Shown here: one piece after another, positions 39,300 to 49,329 of the stretch
Layout: the number at the start of each line of letters is the position of its first letter
How positions within the stretch are numbered: position 1 is the first letter of the stretch
DNA from: an uncultured archaeon
GTDB taxonomy: Archaea; Thermoproteota; EX4484-205; JAAOZP01
Assembly (NCBI GenBank): GCA_938045545.1
Contig: CALIBN010000002.1
Location: 1 to 64,000 of the forward strand
Direction: 5' to 3'
Length of the DNA stretch: 64,000 nucleotides
The notes under the pieces: generated by a model
Database searches by the model: none
Told to the model about the DNA's origin: nothing
Seen by the model: the letters and a program-made list of their open reading frames with translations, nothing else
Program-made: the position numbers and the translations under genes

Positions 39300-40514
39300 T
39301 TGGCAAAAGTTTCCGTTGTAAAGATTCCGCGAAAATGTTTTGACGAAGATGTTTTCCGCGGTGTGAAGCACAGCATAGAACTATTAGGAGGTCCAGAGGC
39401 ATTTGCAAGACATGGTGACAAGGTGGTTGTGAAACCCAATATTTTAAACGTTACGGATGTTGAAGCCACAGACCCCCGAATAATTTACGCTGTCTCTAAA
39501 ATATTTAGGGATATTGGATGCAACGTTATCGTTGGCGAGAACCCTCTTGTCGGAACAATATCCAGCGAAGTCTTTGAAAAAATGCGGATAAGAGAAGTCG
39601 CCGAGAGGGCTGGAGCAAGGTTTGTTGATTTCCGTAGGGATGAACAGGTAACCGTGGAGGTTCCGGATACGAAAGGCTGCCCTACATTAAGAATCGCTAA
39701 AACAGTAATGGATGCCGACCTCATAGTTAGTCTTCCGGTCATGAAGCAACATGGATTATGCAATGTTACGCTGGGGTTGAAAAACATGTGGGGTGTTATA
39801 GGACCAACTCAACGGCGGCTAGGTCATCTTAACAGCCTGAATTGGACGCTTGCAGAACTAAACAGGATCCTACGAGTGAGATTAACCATTATAGATGGTT
39901 TAATAGGAGTTGGCTATAATGAGGCTTTCCCCCTGGGGCTTATAATAGCCGGCGACGATCCTGTTGCCACAGACGCTATAGCCTGTTTGAGAATGGGTTT
40001 TAACCCGATGAGCATCGAGCATATTCGCTACGCCCATGAGCTCGGATTGGGAGAGATAGATCCAAAGAAAATAGAGCTGGTGGGAATAACGCTTGAGCAG
40101 CTCATTAAAGAGGGAAAAGCTTCGAGGAAAATTTTTGTAATGCCTCTTGCAAAACCCGCACGGCTTCTTAAGCGGGCTAGGAACGTTAAGCTAGTCCAAG
40201 GGAATGTGTGCTCAGGCTGCGAGAAAAAGCTATCCATAGCTATAAAAAAGGTTGGCATAAGACAGATTGCGAAAGGCCCTAAAATGGCGATCATTATCGG
40301 TAGGGGTGCTAAACCTTTAGATGGGCGTATAAACATTATTATAGGCAGGTGTCTCCAAGAATACAGAGACAAGGGGGTCTTTGTAGACTATTGTCCAGCC
40401 TACGATCCGGATATACAGCAGGCCATTGAAGTAGCCCTTGGAAAACGTGAAAAGATCACTTATCTCTGGGACGAGTTAGAACAGAAGATGGAGAAAGGAT
40501 TACCTGGATCCTGA
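39300..40514 (+). CDS. DUF362 family protein with C-terminal Cys-rich domain
   Basis: VVKPN, TDP, IVGE, PVMKQH, TLGLKNMWG, IIDG, DPVATDA; CSGC..GRC..YCP. Confidence 0.85.
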   Translation: MAKVSVVKIPRKCFDEDVFRGVKHSIELLGGPEAFARHGDKVVVKPNILNVTDVEATDPRIIYAVSKIFRDIGCNVIVGENPLVGTISSEVFEKMRIREVAERAGARFVDFRRDEQVTVEVPDTKGCPTLRIAKTVMDADLIVSLPVMKQHGLCNVTLGLKNMWGVIGPTQRRLGHLNSLNWTLAELNRILRVRLTIIDGLIGVGYNEAFPLGLIIAGDDPVATDAIACLRMGFNPMSIEHIRYAHELGLGEIDPKKIELVGITLEQLIKEGKASRKIFVMPLAKPARLLKRARNVKLVQGNVCSGCEKKLSIAIKKVGIRQIAKGPKMAIIIGRGAKPLDGRINIIIGRCLQEYRDKGVFVDYCPAYDPDIQQAIEVALGKREKITYLWDELEQKMEKGLPGS

Positions 40515-40629
40515 ATAGCCATATAGACGATTAGAGCCGAGATGTTTTAATATGGTTGTTGAAGACAACAGGATACGAAATTCTCATGGGGATGAATATT
40601 CAGCATGCGTGAAGAACTCAGGGAGGCTT

Positions 40630-40730
40630 TGGGCATACGAACGCGCGCGGTGCCTGTTGTAGCTCAAGCCTTGAACTTGAGTTTCCCCACAAGAGGGTGC
40701 GTTGCCCATACCGATTAACATTATCGGGTA
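40630..40730. ncRNA. Candidate structured RNA or double hairpin in a convergent intergenic gap
   Basis: Nested pairings TGGGCA/TGCCCA, AACGC/GCGTT, TTGT/ACAA, CTCAAG/CTTGAG, then CCGAT/ATCGG. Confidence 0.3.
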
Positions 40731-40794
40731 ACGTGAAAATTATAGTGTCGATTCACATAATATTGTAGAAAAATGCTGATGAAGGAAGGCTGGA

Positions 40795-42135
40795 TCAGCC
40801 TAATGTAGACTGGTTGTCAAGCTCCTTGATCTGCCGTCTCCTTGCGCCCCTGAGCCTCAGCCCATATTGAACCGTTAAGAGCTTCTCTGGCGCCAGCAGC
40901 ATGCTTGTAGCGTAGAGGACTAGAACCGTTAGGGCTGCTGAATACGGTATTCCGATTATGGTTTCAAAGGATATTGGCGTCATCGTCATGTCTTTAGCTA
41001 TCATTATGGGGTAGGATGTTGGCAAGGCGTATACTAAAAGCTGAAGAGCTAAAGGCAGCGTGTCGAGGTCCCCGTACATCATCAGGAAGGAGGGAATCAT
41101 TATTGGGACTATTACCACTCCGAGGAGAGAGTTCGCCATCCTGACATCGCTGCTTAACGCTCCAATCGCCACACCAAGAGACGTTACGAAAAGTATTGCA
41201 AGCAGCAGGCTGACCGCGAGAAGTATGAAGCTCTCAGGCGGTGGCGGAGGAAGCAATTGAGAAACATCTTTCACGGGAAAGTTGAAGCCAGACAGGGAAA
41301 GCATGTTGTTAAAGTACAGGACGAACCCGCCCGTAAACAGGATGCTTCCAATAACGGCTAAGATGGAGGAGCCCAGCAGCTTTGCCAGCAGAATATCGTA
41401 ACGCGTCACTGGAAAGGTCAAGAGCGTTTCCAAGGTTTTCTCCTCATTCTCAACCGCAGTTGCAGTAGCAGCAAACTGGACAACAGTAATCGACAGCATT
41501 AAAAGCAGAAGCGGAATCATGATGCTGTATCCCATTAGGAGCTGGTTGAAAAGCATTTGAGGAGGAACTTCAATTATTTTATCCTTAAGTATTGAACGAG
41601 CTGAAATGTTGAAGGGGTCTCGAACAACGTCAGGAGAAATGCTTGGGTTAAGTTTCGATATCAACATGTTGCTGAAAAACTTCGAAGATAAAGCCAGTAC
41701 TCCTTCGACAGCCGTGTACGCTCCCATTGAGCCTAGGCTCATGCTCTCCATTACAACGTATACTTCAACACTTGCCCTCCTGAAGTTAACCAGATCATTC
41801 TCAAACCCTTTTCTTATAACCAGCAAGGCGTTTGAACCGAGCTTTCTCGCTTCACCGACTGCAGTATCCAAGTCAGCAGCATCAATCCTCTTAACATCCG
41901 CACCCAAGCTCATAGACAGGTTCAGGAGGGCATTGCTTAACGCAGTCTTATCACAGTCAAGCACAGCTATTTTCAACCCCTTGGCACCGGCTTCAATAGA
42001 GTGGCTCATTGACGTTGACATTAGAAAACCCAGTAGCGGCATCAATACCACTGGCACTACGAGGCCTATGTATATCCTAGGGTCTCTTAGAAGATCCTTA
42101 ACCTCCTTCTCGACCAGTGAAAAAAGCTTCCTCAT
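40795..42135 (-). CDS. ABC-2 type exporter permease (NatB-like)
   Basis: KEVKDLLRD, extracellular loop, ENEEKTLETLLTFPV, AKLLG, multiple TM helices. Confidence 0.9.
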   Translation of the reverse strand: MRKLFSLVEKEVKDLLRDPRIYIGLVVPVVLMPLLGFLMSTSMSHSIEAGAKGLKIAVLDCDKTALSNALLNLSMSLGADVKRIDAADLDTAVGEARKLGSNALLVIRKGFENDLVNFRRASVEVYVVMESMSLGSMGAYTAVEGVLALSSKFFSNMLISKLNPSISPDVVRDPFNISARSILKDKIIEVPPQMLFNQLLMGYSIMIPLLLLMLSITVVQFAATATAVENEEKTLETLLTFPVTRYDILLAKLLGSSILAVIGSILFTGGFVLYFNNMLSLSGFNFPVKDVSQLLPPPPPESFILLAVSLLLAILFVTSLGVAIGALSSDVRMANSLLGVVIVPIMIPSFLMMYGDLDTLPLALQLLVYALPTSYPIMIAKDMTMTPISFETIIGIPYSAALTVLVLYATSMLLAPEKLLTVQYGLRLRGARRRQIKELDNQSTLG

Positions 42136-42866
42136 CTACCGGCCACCTCGATGAAGGCCTCTTCAAGATTCGAAACCCCCAGTTCCTTTATAATCGCCTT
42201 CGCCTCTCCTACAAAAAGAACGCGGCCACGATGTATGAAAGCAACTCTAGTACACAGATATTCTACCTCAAGCATGTTGTGGCTTGAAAGAACCACTGTT
42301 CCACCCTCCTTGACATGCCTGCTTACAACCTCCCTTATGTGTTTCGCGTGAAAAACGTCTAGGCCTGCGGTTGGCTCGTCTAAAATCGCTAGCCTCGGCC
42401 TCGTCATCAATGCCCTAGCTACCTGGAGCCGCCTCTTCATACCCTTGCTGTAAGTCTTCATCTTGTCATCTACCCTTTCACCCAGCCCAGAGATTCTAAC
42501 CGCCTCCTCAACAGCCATCGACGCCTCAGTATTTGAATCAAAGTATATTCTTGATACTATAGATAGGTATTCGCGGCCACTCAGGTTTCTATATGTGCCG
42601 GCGTCCTCAGCCAGGTATGAGATGTAAGGCCTAATCCTACTTGCCTCCTTAACAGCGTCATACCCAAGTATGTTTACATAGCCGCTTGTCGGCAGGAGGA
42701 GCGTCGCCATTATTCTTAAAATAGTGGTCTTGCCAGCACCGTTAGGACCTATTAACCCGAATACTTCACCCTCTTCAATTTTTAAAGAAACCCCGTTGAC
42801 AGCCGTCAGATCCCCGAAGCGTTTAACAAGGTTTCTGACTACAACTATGCTTCCAGCTCCCATCAT
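42132..42866 (-). CDS. ABC exporter ATP-binding subunit
   Basis: GPNGAGKTT, YSKGM, ILDEPTAGLD, SSH. Confidence 0.95.
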   Translation of the reverse strand: MMGAGSIVVVRNLVKRFGDLTAVNGVSLKIEEGEVFGLIGPNGAGKTTILRIMATLLLPTSGYVNILGYDAVKEASRIRPYISYLAEDAGTYRNLSGREYLSIVSRIYFDSNTEASMAVEEAVRISGLGERVDDKMKTYSKGMKRRLQVARALMTRPRLAILDEPTAGLDVFHAKHIREVVSRHVKEGGTVVLSSHNMLEVEYLCTRVAFIHRGRVLFVGEAKAIIKELGVSNLEEAFIEVAGR

Positions 42867-43051
42867 GAATCCGTGTCCATAGCGAAGGGGAGGCTATTTA
42901 ATTCTTCTGCAGAATTAGAAGAGGAAAAGGGGTTAAAGAAGCGAGCCTCACTAGTAACCAAGCATGAAGACATTCCTAAAAAAAGATTACATGGGATTCG
43001 TGTTCCACCAAGAAAAGATTTAATAGTGAAAAGAACCATTTAGGATTAGAA

Positions 43052-43492
43052 ATGAGCGAATTACGATATTATAGAGATTTTTCTTTAATCATGATGAGCC
43101 GGATTCTCGAGAAGGAGTTTGGGAAGGAAGCGCTTGACGTTTTATTAGACTGGAGGAATAGGAGGATTGAGGAAGAATGGAGGAAGCGAGGCCTAGAGGC
43201 TGAGGATAAGTCTCCAAGACATTTCTTAGCCCTGTTCAGTAAGGAGGCCCATGAGTTTGAAGTCTTGGAGGAAAGCGAAGAGGTCTTGGAAGTCATCGTT
43301 AAGAAGTGCATCCATGCTGAAGTCTTTAAAAAATTTAACGCGGCTGACATCGGGGAAAAACTAATCTGCAGTGGAGATCACTATGTTGTAAAAGGATTTA
43401 ACCATGGGATAGAACTGGTTAGGGACAAGCTTTTAATGAGAGGAGATGAGTGCTGCCACTTCCTGTTTAGGCTGAAAAATCAGTGGATGTGA
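43052..43492 (+). CDS. L-2-amino-thiazoline-4-carboxylic acid hydrolase-like (V4R-related) protein
   Basis: KKCIHAE, LICSGD, GFN..I.L...LM.GD.CCHF. Confidence 0.75.
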   Translation: MSELRYYRDFSLIMMSRILEKEFGKEALDVLLDWRNRRIEEEWRKRGLEAEDKSPRHFLALFSKEAHEFEVLEESEEVLEVIVKKCIHAEVFKKFNAADIGEKLICSGDHYVVKGFNHGIELVRDKLLMRGDECCHFLFRLKNQWM

Positions 43493-43505
43493 AAAACTTA
43501 TAAAG
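43491..43505 (+). promoter_or_regulatory. BRE plus TATA box, probably for a leaderless transcript
   Basis: GAAAAACTTATAAAG ending about 22 nt before ATG 43527. Confidence 0.55.
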
Positions 43506-43526
43506 TTCTTTCACTCGCCCGCTCTC

Positions 43527-44402
43527 ATGGTTTACAGAATAGGAATAGTCGGGTCAGATAATTCTCACGCAATTACTTTCTCACAGATTGCGAACGGCAT
43601 GGATAAGGAAAATTACGTACCGGGTTTCAAAGCAACCCACATCTTCGGGTTCGACGAAAAAAGAAACAGGGAGGTCGCAGAGAAAGGCGGTATTGAAAAT
43701 ATTGTTTCTGACGTAAACGAGATGATCGGGAAAATTGATATTGCGTTCGTGGTTTTTAGACACGGTGGACTCCACCTGGAATACGCGAAGCCCTTCATAG
43801 AAAGCGGGACACCGGTTTTCGTGGATAAGCCTTTAGCAGCCACGGTTGCAGACGCTAAAAAGATAATCCAGCTAGCGAAGGAGAGACAAACCCTTTTAAT
43901 GAGCTTTTCGACGTTAAGGTTTACGGATACCGTGCAAGAGCTGAAAGGAATTTTAAAGAACGAGGAACCGGTTTTCCTAAGCGTCCTTGGACCAGGAGAC
44001 CTTGAAAGCGAGTATGGCGGATTGATCTTCTACGGGATCCATTGTGCAGAGATTTTTAATGAGGTTGCGGGAACGGGGGTGAAGGAAGTACACGCTGTTG
44101 CGAAGGGTAAAAGCATTGTTGCAATACTCGTCCATGAGAGACTGATTGGGAGTATAAAAATCTCTCCAGAAATACCATATGTTTTCTCGGTCGAAGGTCT
44201 AACTAATAAAACCCATTTCTCAGCCAAGGTTGACTCTAAGGACTGTTATAAGAGGGGAATGATCAAGATTAGGGAGATGCTTGACAAGAAGCAGTGGATA
44301 CTTTCTGAAGGAGAAATGCTTGAGCCAGTAGCTGTTGTTAAGGCTATAGAGGAAAGCGTTAGAGAATCTTCTAAAAAGCCTATAAGTTCTAGCCAGTCTT
44401 AA
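43527..44402 (+). CDS. Gfo/Idh/MocA oxidoreductase
   Basis: IGIVGSDNSHA, FVDKPLA, FSTLRF, FYGIH. Confidence 0.85.
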   Translation: MVYRIGIVGSDNSHAITFSQIANGMDKENYVPGFKATHIFGFDEKRNREVAEKGGIENIVSDVNEMIGKIDIAFVVFRHGGLHLEYAKPFIESGTPVFVDKPLAATVADAKKIIQLAKERQTLLMSFSTLRFTDTVQELKGILKNEEPVFLSVLGPGDLESEYGGLIFYGIHCAEIFNEVAGTGVKEVHAVAKGKSIVAILVHERLIGSIKISPEIPYVFSVEGLTNKTHFSAKVDSKDCYKRGMIKIREMLDKKQWILSEGEMLEPVAVVKAIEESVRESSKKPISSSQS

Positions 44403-44964
44403 TGCTTATAGAGACTCCTTCCTGAGTGGGCACTATAATGGTTCTCCAAACCCTCCCAGAGGCTTCGTTTAGAAAAGCATCCACAGTGCCGTAGGTATGC
44501 CTGACGTTGTGCGCAAGCACCACTCCGCCGCTGGGGATCCTACTCTCAACCAGACGGAAAAACTCTAAGTAGTGCTCCTTCTCAATATCTATGAAGACTA
44601 AGTTCAGCTCTTCAAATTTCCTAACATGATTAAATGCATCGCCGTTAACTGGCATGATCAAGTTCTCCAAGTGATGCCTAACTACAAGACTCTTAAGACT
44701 CTTGAATCTTTGAATAGTCTTCTCAACTGCGTAGACATTGCCGTCAACCCCTGATTCTAAAATAGCTCTAGCAATCCATATTGTTGAAAACCCTGTGCCT
44801 GCACCAGCGTCCATGGCTTTCAGCCTTCCAAACCGTAGGGCCGTCAGGAAGGATGTTGAGTAAAGCACGCAGCCATCATCCATGCTTATCGTCGGAACCC
44901 CTAGGTCTCTAGAGGCAGCATACGCCTCCCGGATTATGCTGTTCCAGGCATAGTCTTCCCGCAT
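44389..44964 (-). CDS. Class I SAM-dependent O-methyltransferase
   Basis: DAGAGTGFSTIW, GDA, LVFIDIEK..Y, GGVVLAHN. Confidence 0.85.
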   Translation of the reverse strand: MREDYAWNSIIREAYAASRDLGVPTISMDDGCVLYSTSFLTALRFGRLKAMDAGAGTGFSTIWIARAILESGVDGNVYAVEKTIQRFKSLKSLVVRHHLENLIMPVNGDAFNHVRKFEELNLVFIDIEKEHYLEFFRLVESRIPSGGVVLAHNVRHTYGTVDAFLNEASGRVWRTIIVPTQEGVSISIKTG

Positions 44965-45022
44965 GGCTGTTAAAAATAATCTGCGGTTCCAACTTATAAA
45001 CTTGGCAGAGGAGGCTTGCGGA

Positions 45023-45394
45023 TTAATATTTATGACGGGCTTGACGACAGCCTTCAGTCAACTCTTCAAGCTCGTCTCTAACATAGGATGAAATCAGGTC
45101 CCTGACAACGTTTGAATTTGCTTTTAAGACGGCTACCTTTGCCTGTTGAAATATGCTTAGTGCCCTTGGTCCCATACCGTATACGATGACTGCATCCGGC
45201 TTAAGCTGAAGTATACGGTCTGCAGGCCGGCCCTTCCCTCTGAAATGCTCACCCTCGTTAAGCATAGTCCCTTTTTCAAAACTCTTCCCTCCTCATCAAG
45301 CTCAATCATCAAGAATAAGGGGGCTCTGGCCAAAATGTTCGGATAAGCGTGAATCTAAGCCACGGTCATCCTCCACAGGTATTACAATCCTCAT
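45023..45394 (-). pseudogene. NifB/NifX (dinitrogenase FeMo-cofactor-binding-like) family gene, disrupted
   Basis: MRIVIPVEDDRGLDSRLSEHFG, +1 shift before RAPLF, compensating shift before MLNEGEHF; GMGPRAL retained; stops lie between the shifts. Confidence 0.8.
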
Positions 45395-45492
45395 TTTGAA
45401 TCATCATGCTTACATACTTGTCTCTATATACGTCTTACTGTTAATAGACCTCCTCTATTCCTTTTTGTCCAAGGAATCCTTATCCTAGACAA

Positions 45493-46060
45493 TTACTTCC
45501 TTAACTCCTCAAGCCTATTGTTTACGTAACCGAGCTCCTGCTGGATAAGCCTTCTCTGTTCCTCAGAAAAACAACTCTTGCTCCCTAGCCGTCAGGGGTA
45601 AGGCAAACATCGGTGGCTCATACTCATGCTCCCCGCGGAGCCCATGAAAAACCCACAGGTATAGCTTCCAGAAACGCCGAGCGTAATTATGACGGTAGGG
45701 CGATGGCAGCCACCAGAACCCGCTCGCAATATCAGTACTCCTACTTACCGACCCCCCTTAACGCTTAATTCTTCAAGCCTTTTTCTAACGGTTTTCAACC
45801 GAGGCTCCAAAATCTTAATCTGCTGCTCAAGCATCGTTCGCTCCTGCTCCCCGCATAAGCCGGCGGAAAGCTCATTCTAAACGGAGTGAGTTCAGACGGC
45901 ATAGCGTGCTAAAGGGCTTTCGCAAAGGGAAGCAGGAGGAGGATGGGCGTCTCTAGGGGGATTGCGTGAGGCTTTTGCAGAGCGCTAGGAGAAAGACTGC
46001 TCAAGCCCTTAGCGAAGGCAAGCCAATACGCATTGGGCTCCCCCCTCAACAAAACTGTTC
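45493..46060 (-). pseudogene. Two tandem relics of DUF5320-like small coiled-coil proteins
   Basis: Fragments EQERTMLEQQIKILEPRLKTVRKRLEEL and EEQRRLIQQELGYVNNRLEELRK* with broken N-termini. Confidence 0.5.
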
Positions 46061-46114
46061 ATAGAAAACATGGAAGACAATGTCAAACAGGCTTTTCTAA
46101 GAGCATTCTCACAG

Positions 46115-47248
46115 CTATCTGAATGCTTTTTTCCATTCTTTCAGAATTTCTCGCGCAACGTTAAAGCTTTCAACACTGATTGAGAATATGACTCCAGTTT
46201 TATTTTCAAGAGATTTCGACACTTTATCGACCCAGGATCCTGGTTTCTCACCCTCTTGGGGACCCTCAGTCCATATTAGACACACGTGTTTCCTTTGAAA
46301 CAATTCCACGGTTTCCTTTAAGCCGTAGAACTTGGCGGGACTTCCGAAGAAGAATGCTTTAAAGGCTCCGCTTGACAAGATTGGTTCAAGAACCTGCCTG
46401 CCGTCTGAAGCCTCGCTGCAGCAGAAATGACCCATGCCTCCGTCGAAAAGCCTGACTGAAAACTCGTTAACCGGGATGCAGAACTTTCTGTATTGAGCCG
46501 GGTTCATCATCACCGCCACGTCCTCGCAGAGTCTAACACCGCCTTTATCCATCCATACGTTAGGCGTTCCGTGGAACCCCTGGTTAAGAGGCTCGCCGAC
46601 TATTTTCTTCTGCGCAATTGAGAACTCAACGTATACTTCGGCAACCCTCTTAAGAAGCTCCATTGCAAAGTCCGGGTGGCGATGGAAATCGCTCAGCAGC
46701 TTCGGTCCCCTGAGTAGGTAGGCTATGTCTAACGGGCCCTGAGTGTCGCACAGGTATACTCTTACCCCTGTTCCCTCAAGTTTTTTAACGAAATACTCTT
46801 CTGTCTCAATAACGCGCGTCATCAAGCTTTGACGAGACCAAGGATCCTTTAACTCGCCTAGGTCCGGAGGATCCTTCTTTAAAACCGGCTCTTTAACCCA
46901 TGGCATTTGGTCGGAGAAGGGTTGTACGACTATCTCGCTACCAAATCCGCTCGGCACGATTCCAACGCCATAATTAGCCCTTACGCATGGCATGCCATCA
47001 TCTTGAAGAAGGGCATGAGAATATACTGAGGCCAGTTGAGACAAAAGCATCTTATCCATATCGTAATATGTTTCATAGTATTTGAAGGAGGGCCAAGGTT
47101 CTGGAGGAGGACAGTTAATGATCAAAGGAGGGATTTCCACTTGTTTAAAATTCCATGCTGCAGCAATCCTGCTTCTCGCCTCATCGACTACCTCTAGATC
47201 CAATCTTGAGCTTACCTTCTTAACCCATTTTTCCACATCAATGCTCAA
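46115..47248 (-). CDS. Uroporphyrinogen decarboxylase / MtaA-like family protein
   Basis: DTQGPLDIAYLLRG, CED..VMMNP..Y.KF..P, GHFCC. Confidence 0.7.
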   Translation of the reverse strand: MSIDVEKWVKKVSSRLDLEVVDEARSRIAAAWNFKQVEIPPLIINCPPPEPWPSFKYYETYYDMDKMLLSQLASVYSHALLQDDGMPCVRANYGVGIVPSGFGSEIVVQPFSDQMPWVKEPVLKKDPPDLGELKDPWSRQSLMTRVIETEEYFVKKLEGTGVRVYLCDTQGPLDIAYLLRGPKLLSDFHRHPDFAMELLKRVAEVYVEFSIAQKKIVGEPLNQGFHGTPNVWMDKGGVRLCEDVAVMMNPAQYRKFCIPVNEFSVRLFDGGMGHFCCSEASDGRQVLEPILSSGAFKAFFFGSPAKFYGLKETVELFQRKHVCLIWTEGPQEGEKPGSWVDKVSKSLENKTGVIFSISVESFNVAREILKEWKKAFR

Positions 47249-47288
47249 AGTCGACGGTTAGCCTACTAAAAACTATTTAAGCTTTCCT

Positions 47289-48086
47289 ATGAAATCCGGG
47301 AAAGATTTATATCGTTTAAACTTAGACAGAGGAAGCATGAGCAGCTTGAAGATTGGCGCTCAACTAATTATCTGGGGAGCAAAGCCGCGGGAAAACCTTA
47401 AAGGAGTTCTTGAAGAAGTAAGGGAGGCCGGATACGATGGGATAGAAACCTCTCCTGAAATAGTTTCTACAGACATTATGGAGACGAGAAGGCTTTTGCT
47501 CGAAAAAGGCTTAAGGCTTGTCGCATTACACATGGGTGTTGGAAACATGGAACAGGTTGAACCGGCGGCAAGGCTATTGGAAAGGCTTGAAGGAGAATAT
47601 TTGACTTTTAGCGGTCCAGGTGGAAAAGGCTCTGAGGAAGACTATTTAAACTGCGCAGAGTTTTTAAACAAGGCGGGAAGAATTGCCAGGAAGCACGGGG
47701 TTAAAACCTGCTATCATAATCACGGGCACGAAATAGCTAATAATCAAAGGGGAATAGGAATAATCATTCAGAAAACGGAGCCGGAGTTAGTCGGACTATG
47801 CGTTGACACGTATTGGGTTAAATTCGGCGGGGCAAACCCGCTTCAGTTCATCAAGACCAATAGGGAGAGGATCGAATACCTGCATCTGAAAGACGGGTCT
47901 GAGGAAGACATGAAAAACAGGAAGTTCTCCGAGCTTGGAAAGGGCTCGATAGATTTTCCAGCCATACTTGGCTTCACGACGCAGCTTGGAGTAAAGTGGG
48001 TTGTCGTTGAACAAGATTTGACCCCGAGAAGCCCGTTCGAAAGCATGTTGGAGAGCAGGAATTACTTAAGAAAAATCGGGTATTAG
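47289..48086 (+). CDS. Sugar phosphate isomerase/epimerase, IolE-like (probable start 47337)
   Basis: GYDGIE, CYHNHGHE, VDTYWV, HLKD, ELGKGSIDF, VVEQD. Confidence 0.88.
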   Translation: MKSGKDLYRLNLDRGSMSSLKIGAQLIIWGAKPRENLKGVLEEVREAGYDGIETSPEIVSTDIMETRRLLLEKGLRLVALHMGVGNMEQVEPAARLLERLEGEYLTFSGPGGKGSEEDYLNCAEFLNKAGRIARKHGVKTCYHNHGHEIANNQRGIGIIIQKTEPELVGLCVDTYWVKFGGANPLQFIKTNRERIEYLHLKDGSEEDMKNRKFSELGKGSIDFPAILGFTTQLGVKWVVVEQDLTPRSPFESMLESRNYLRKIGY

Positions 48087-48189
48087 TTCGCTTTCCACAT
48101 ATAAAGGCGATCGTATACCATCCGTATTTCATCCATGTGCCATCGGAATGTCTATATGCCCGCATTTGTTAACATAATTGGGAGCTGCT

Positions 48190-48424
48190 GAGGAGCGTGA
48201 AACAGGGAGTTTTTGAAGAGGCATCTTAGCCTGCATTGTAACGGCTGAAACCCGCCTTTAATCGGGCATAGGCCTGGCGTGGCTTTTTCTTAGATTATAA
48301 GAAGGCGGGGTATGAGCTATACGCTTTATGGCAGGGGCTGAATTGACACAGCCCTTAACCCGGTAGGATGAGCTCCTAAGGGCGACGAACCGGGAACCCA
48401 ATACCTTAAGTAGAAGGATGCCAA
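48190..48424 (+). mobile_element. Possible eroded right end of an IS200/IS605- or IS607-type tnpB element
   Basis: Hairpins GGGCTG/CAGCCC (48335-54) and CCCGGT...ACCGGG (48359-94), then AACCC..TACCTTAAGTA.AAGGATGCCA, resembling tnpB 3' ends; no intact ORF. Confidence 0.35.
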
Positions 48425-48532
48425 CCGAGGAAAATCGGGTGCTATTTCACAAGCACGTGCTAACAGGCAGGCACTACAGTGTCAAACGCATGGAGGACTA
48501 AAAAACATAAATAGCCTTCCTCAGCCTCACGC

Positions 48533-49297
48533 ATGGAAATGATAAAGATCGGTTGTGCAGCCTACTCTTACAGGGATTATCTTAAGGATGGAAGAATGAG
48601 CTATGAGGATTTCATTGAGGAGGCATATAAGATCGGTTTGGACGGGGTGGAGATGACGCTCTACTGGCTTCCTTCAAGAGAACCAGGATACCTCAGGAAT
48701 TTAAAGAGGATTGCATTTTCACGAGGACTCTCCATTTCCTGTGCCGGAATCTCGACTAACTTCTGCAGCCCAGATCCTCGTGAAAGAGAAAGAATGATTA
48801 AGACTGTGGAGGAAGGATTAAGGATTGCCCGTGAGCTCGGTGCTCCTGCACTACGGGTTTTCGGCGGCTACGTGCCTGAAGGATATTCTGAGGAACAGGC
48901 CACACGGTGGACGGTTGAAGCTTTAAGCAGATGCATAACCTATGCTGAGGAAAACGGCGTTACAATAGCTTTGGAGAACCATGGGGGCGTTACGGCCAGG
49001 GCGGATAATGTAGTGAGAATAGTGGAGAGCGTGGGTTCACCTTGGCTAAGAGTTAACCTAGACCTCGGCAACTACAGGGAGTCAACGTATGAAGACATTG
49101 CGAAAACAGTTCCCTACGCAGTACACATCCATGGTAAGATAAGTATCTCTGAAAACACGAAGGTTGACTATGAGAAGGTTAAGAGGATACTTGAAGACAA
49201 TGGTTACAACGGGTTTATCTCAATCGAGTATGAGGAGAAGGAAGATCCTAAAATAGGGGTCTGCGAGTTTGCAAGATACCTTTTAAGGTTATTCTAA
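48533..49297 (+). CDS. Sugar phosphate isomerase/epimerase TIM barrel
   Basis: AYSYR, LDGVE, LRVFGG, ALENHGG, NLDLGNY, HIHGK, ISIEYE. Confidence 0.88.
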   Translation: MEMIKIGCAAYSYRDYLKDGRMSYEDFIEEAYKIGLDGVEMTLYWLPSREPGYLRNLKRIAFSRGLSISCAGISTNFCSPDPRERERMIKTVEEGLRIARELGAPALRVFGGYVPEGYSEEQATRWTVEALSRCITYAEENGVTIALENHGGVTARADNVVRIVESVGSPWLRVNLDLGNYRESTYEDIAKTVPYAVHIHGKISISENTKVDYEKVKRILEDNGYNGFISIEYEEKEDPKIGVCEFARYLLRLF

Positions 49298-49329
49298 GTG
49301 CAAGGAGGGAGCTTTAACTGAGCGGCCGG

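Noticed and set aside
41606-42154. Long antisense ORFs (for example 182 aa here, 142 aa at 5029, 146 aa at 51495)
   Set aside because: They lie opposite well-supported genes, have Ser/Thr/Phe-rich antisense composition and show no motifs
48359-48394. Hammerhead ribozyme-like GATGAG...GACGAA
   Set aside because: The conserved core CUGANGA and GAAA are both absent
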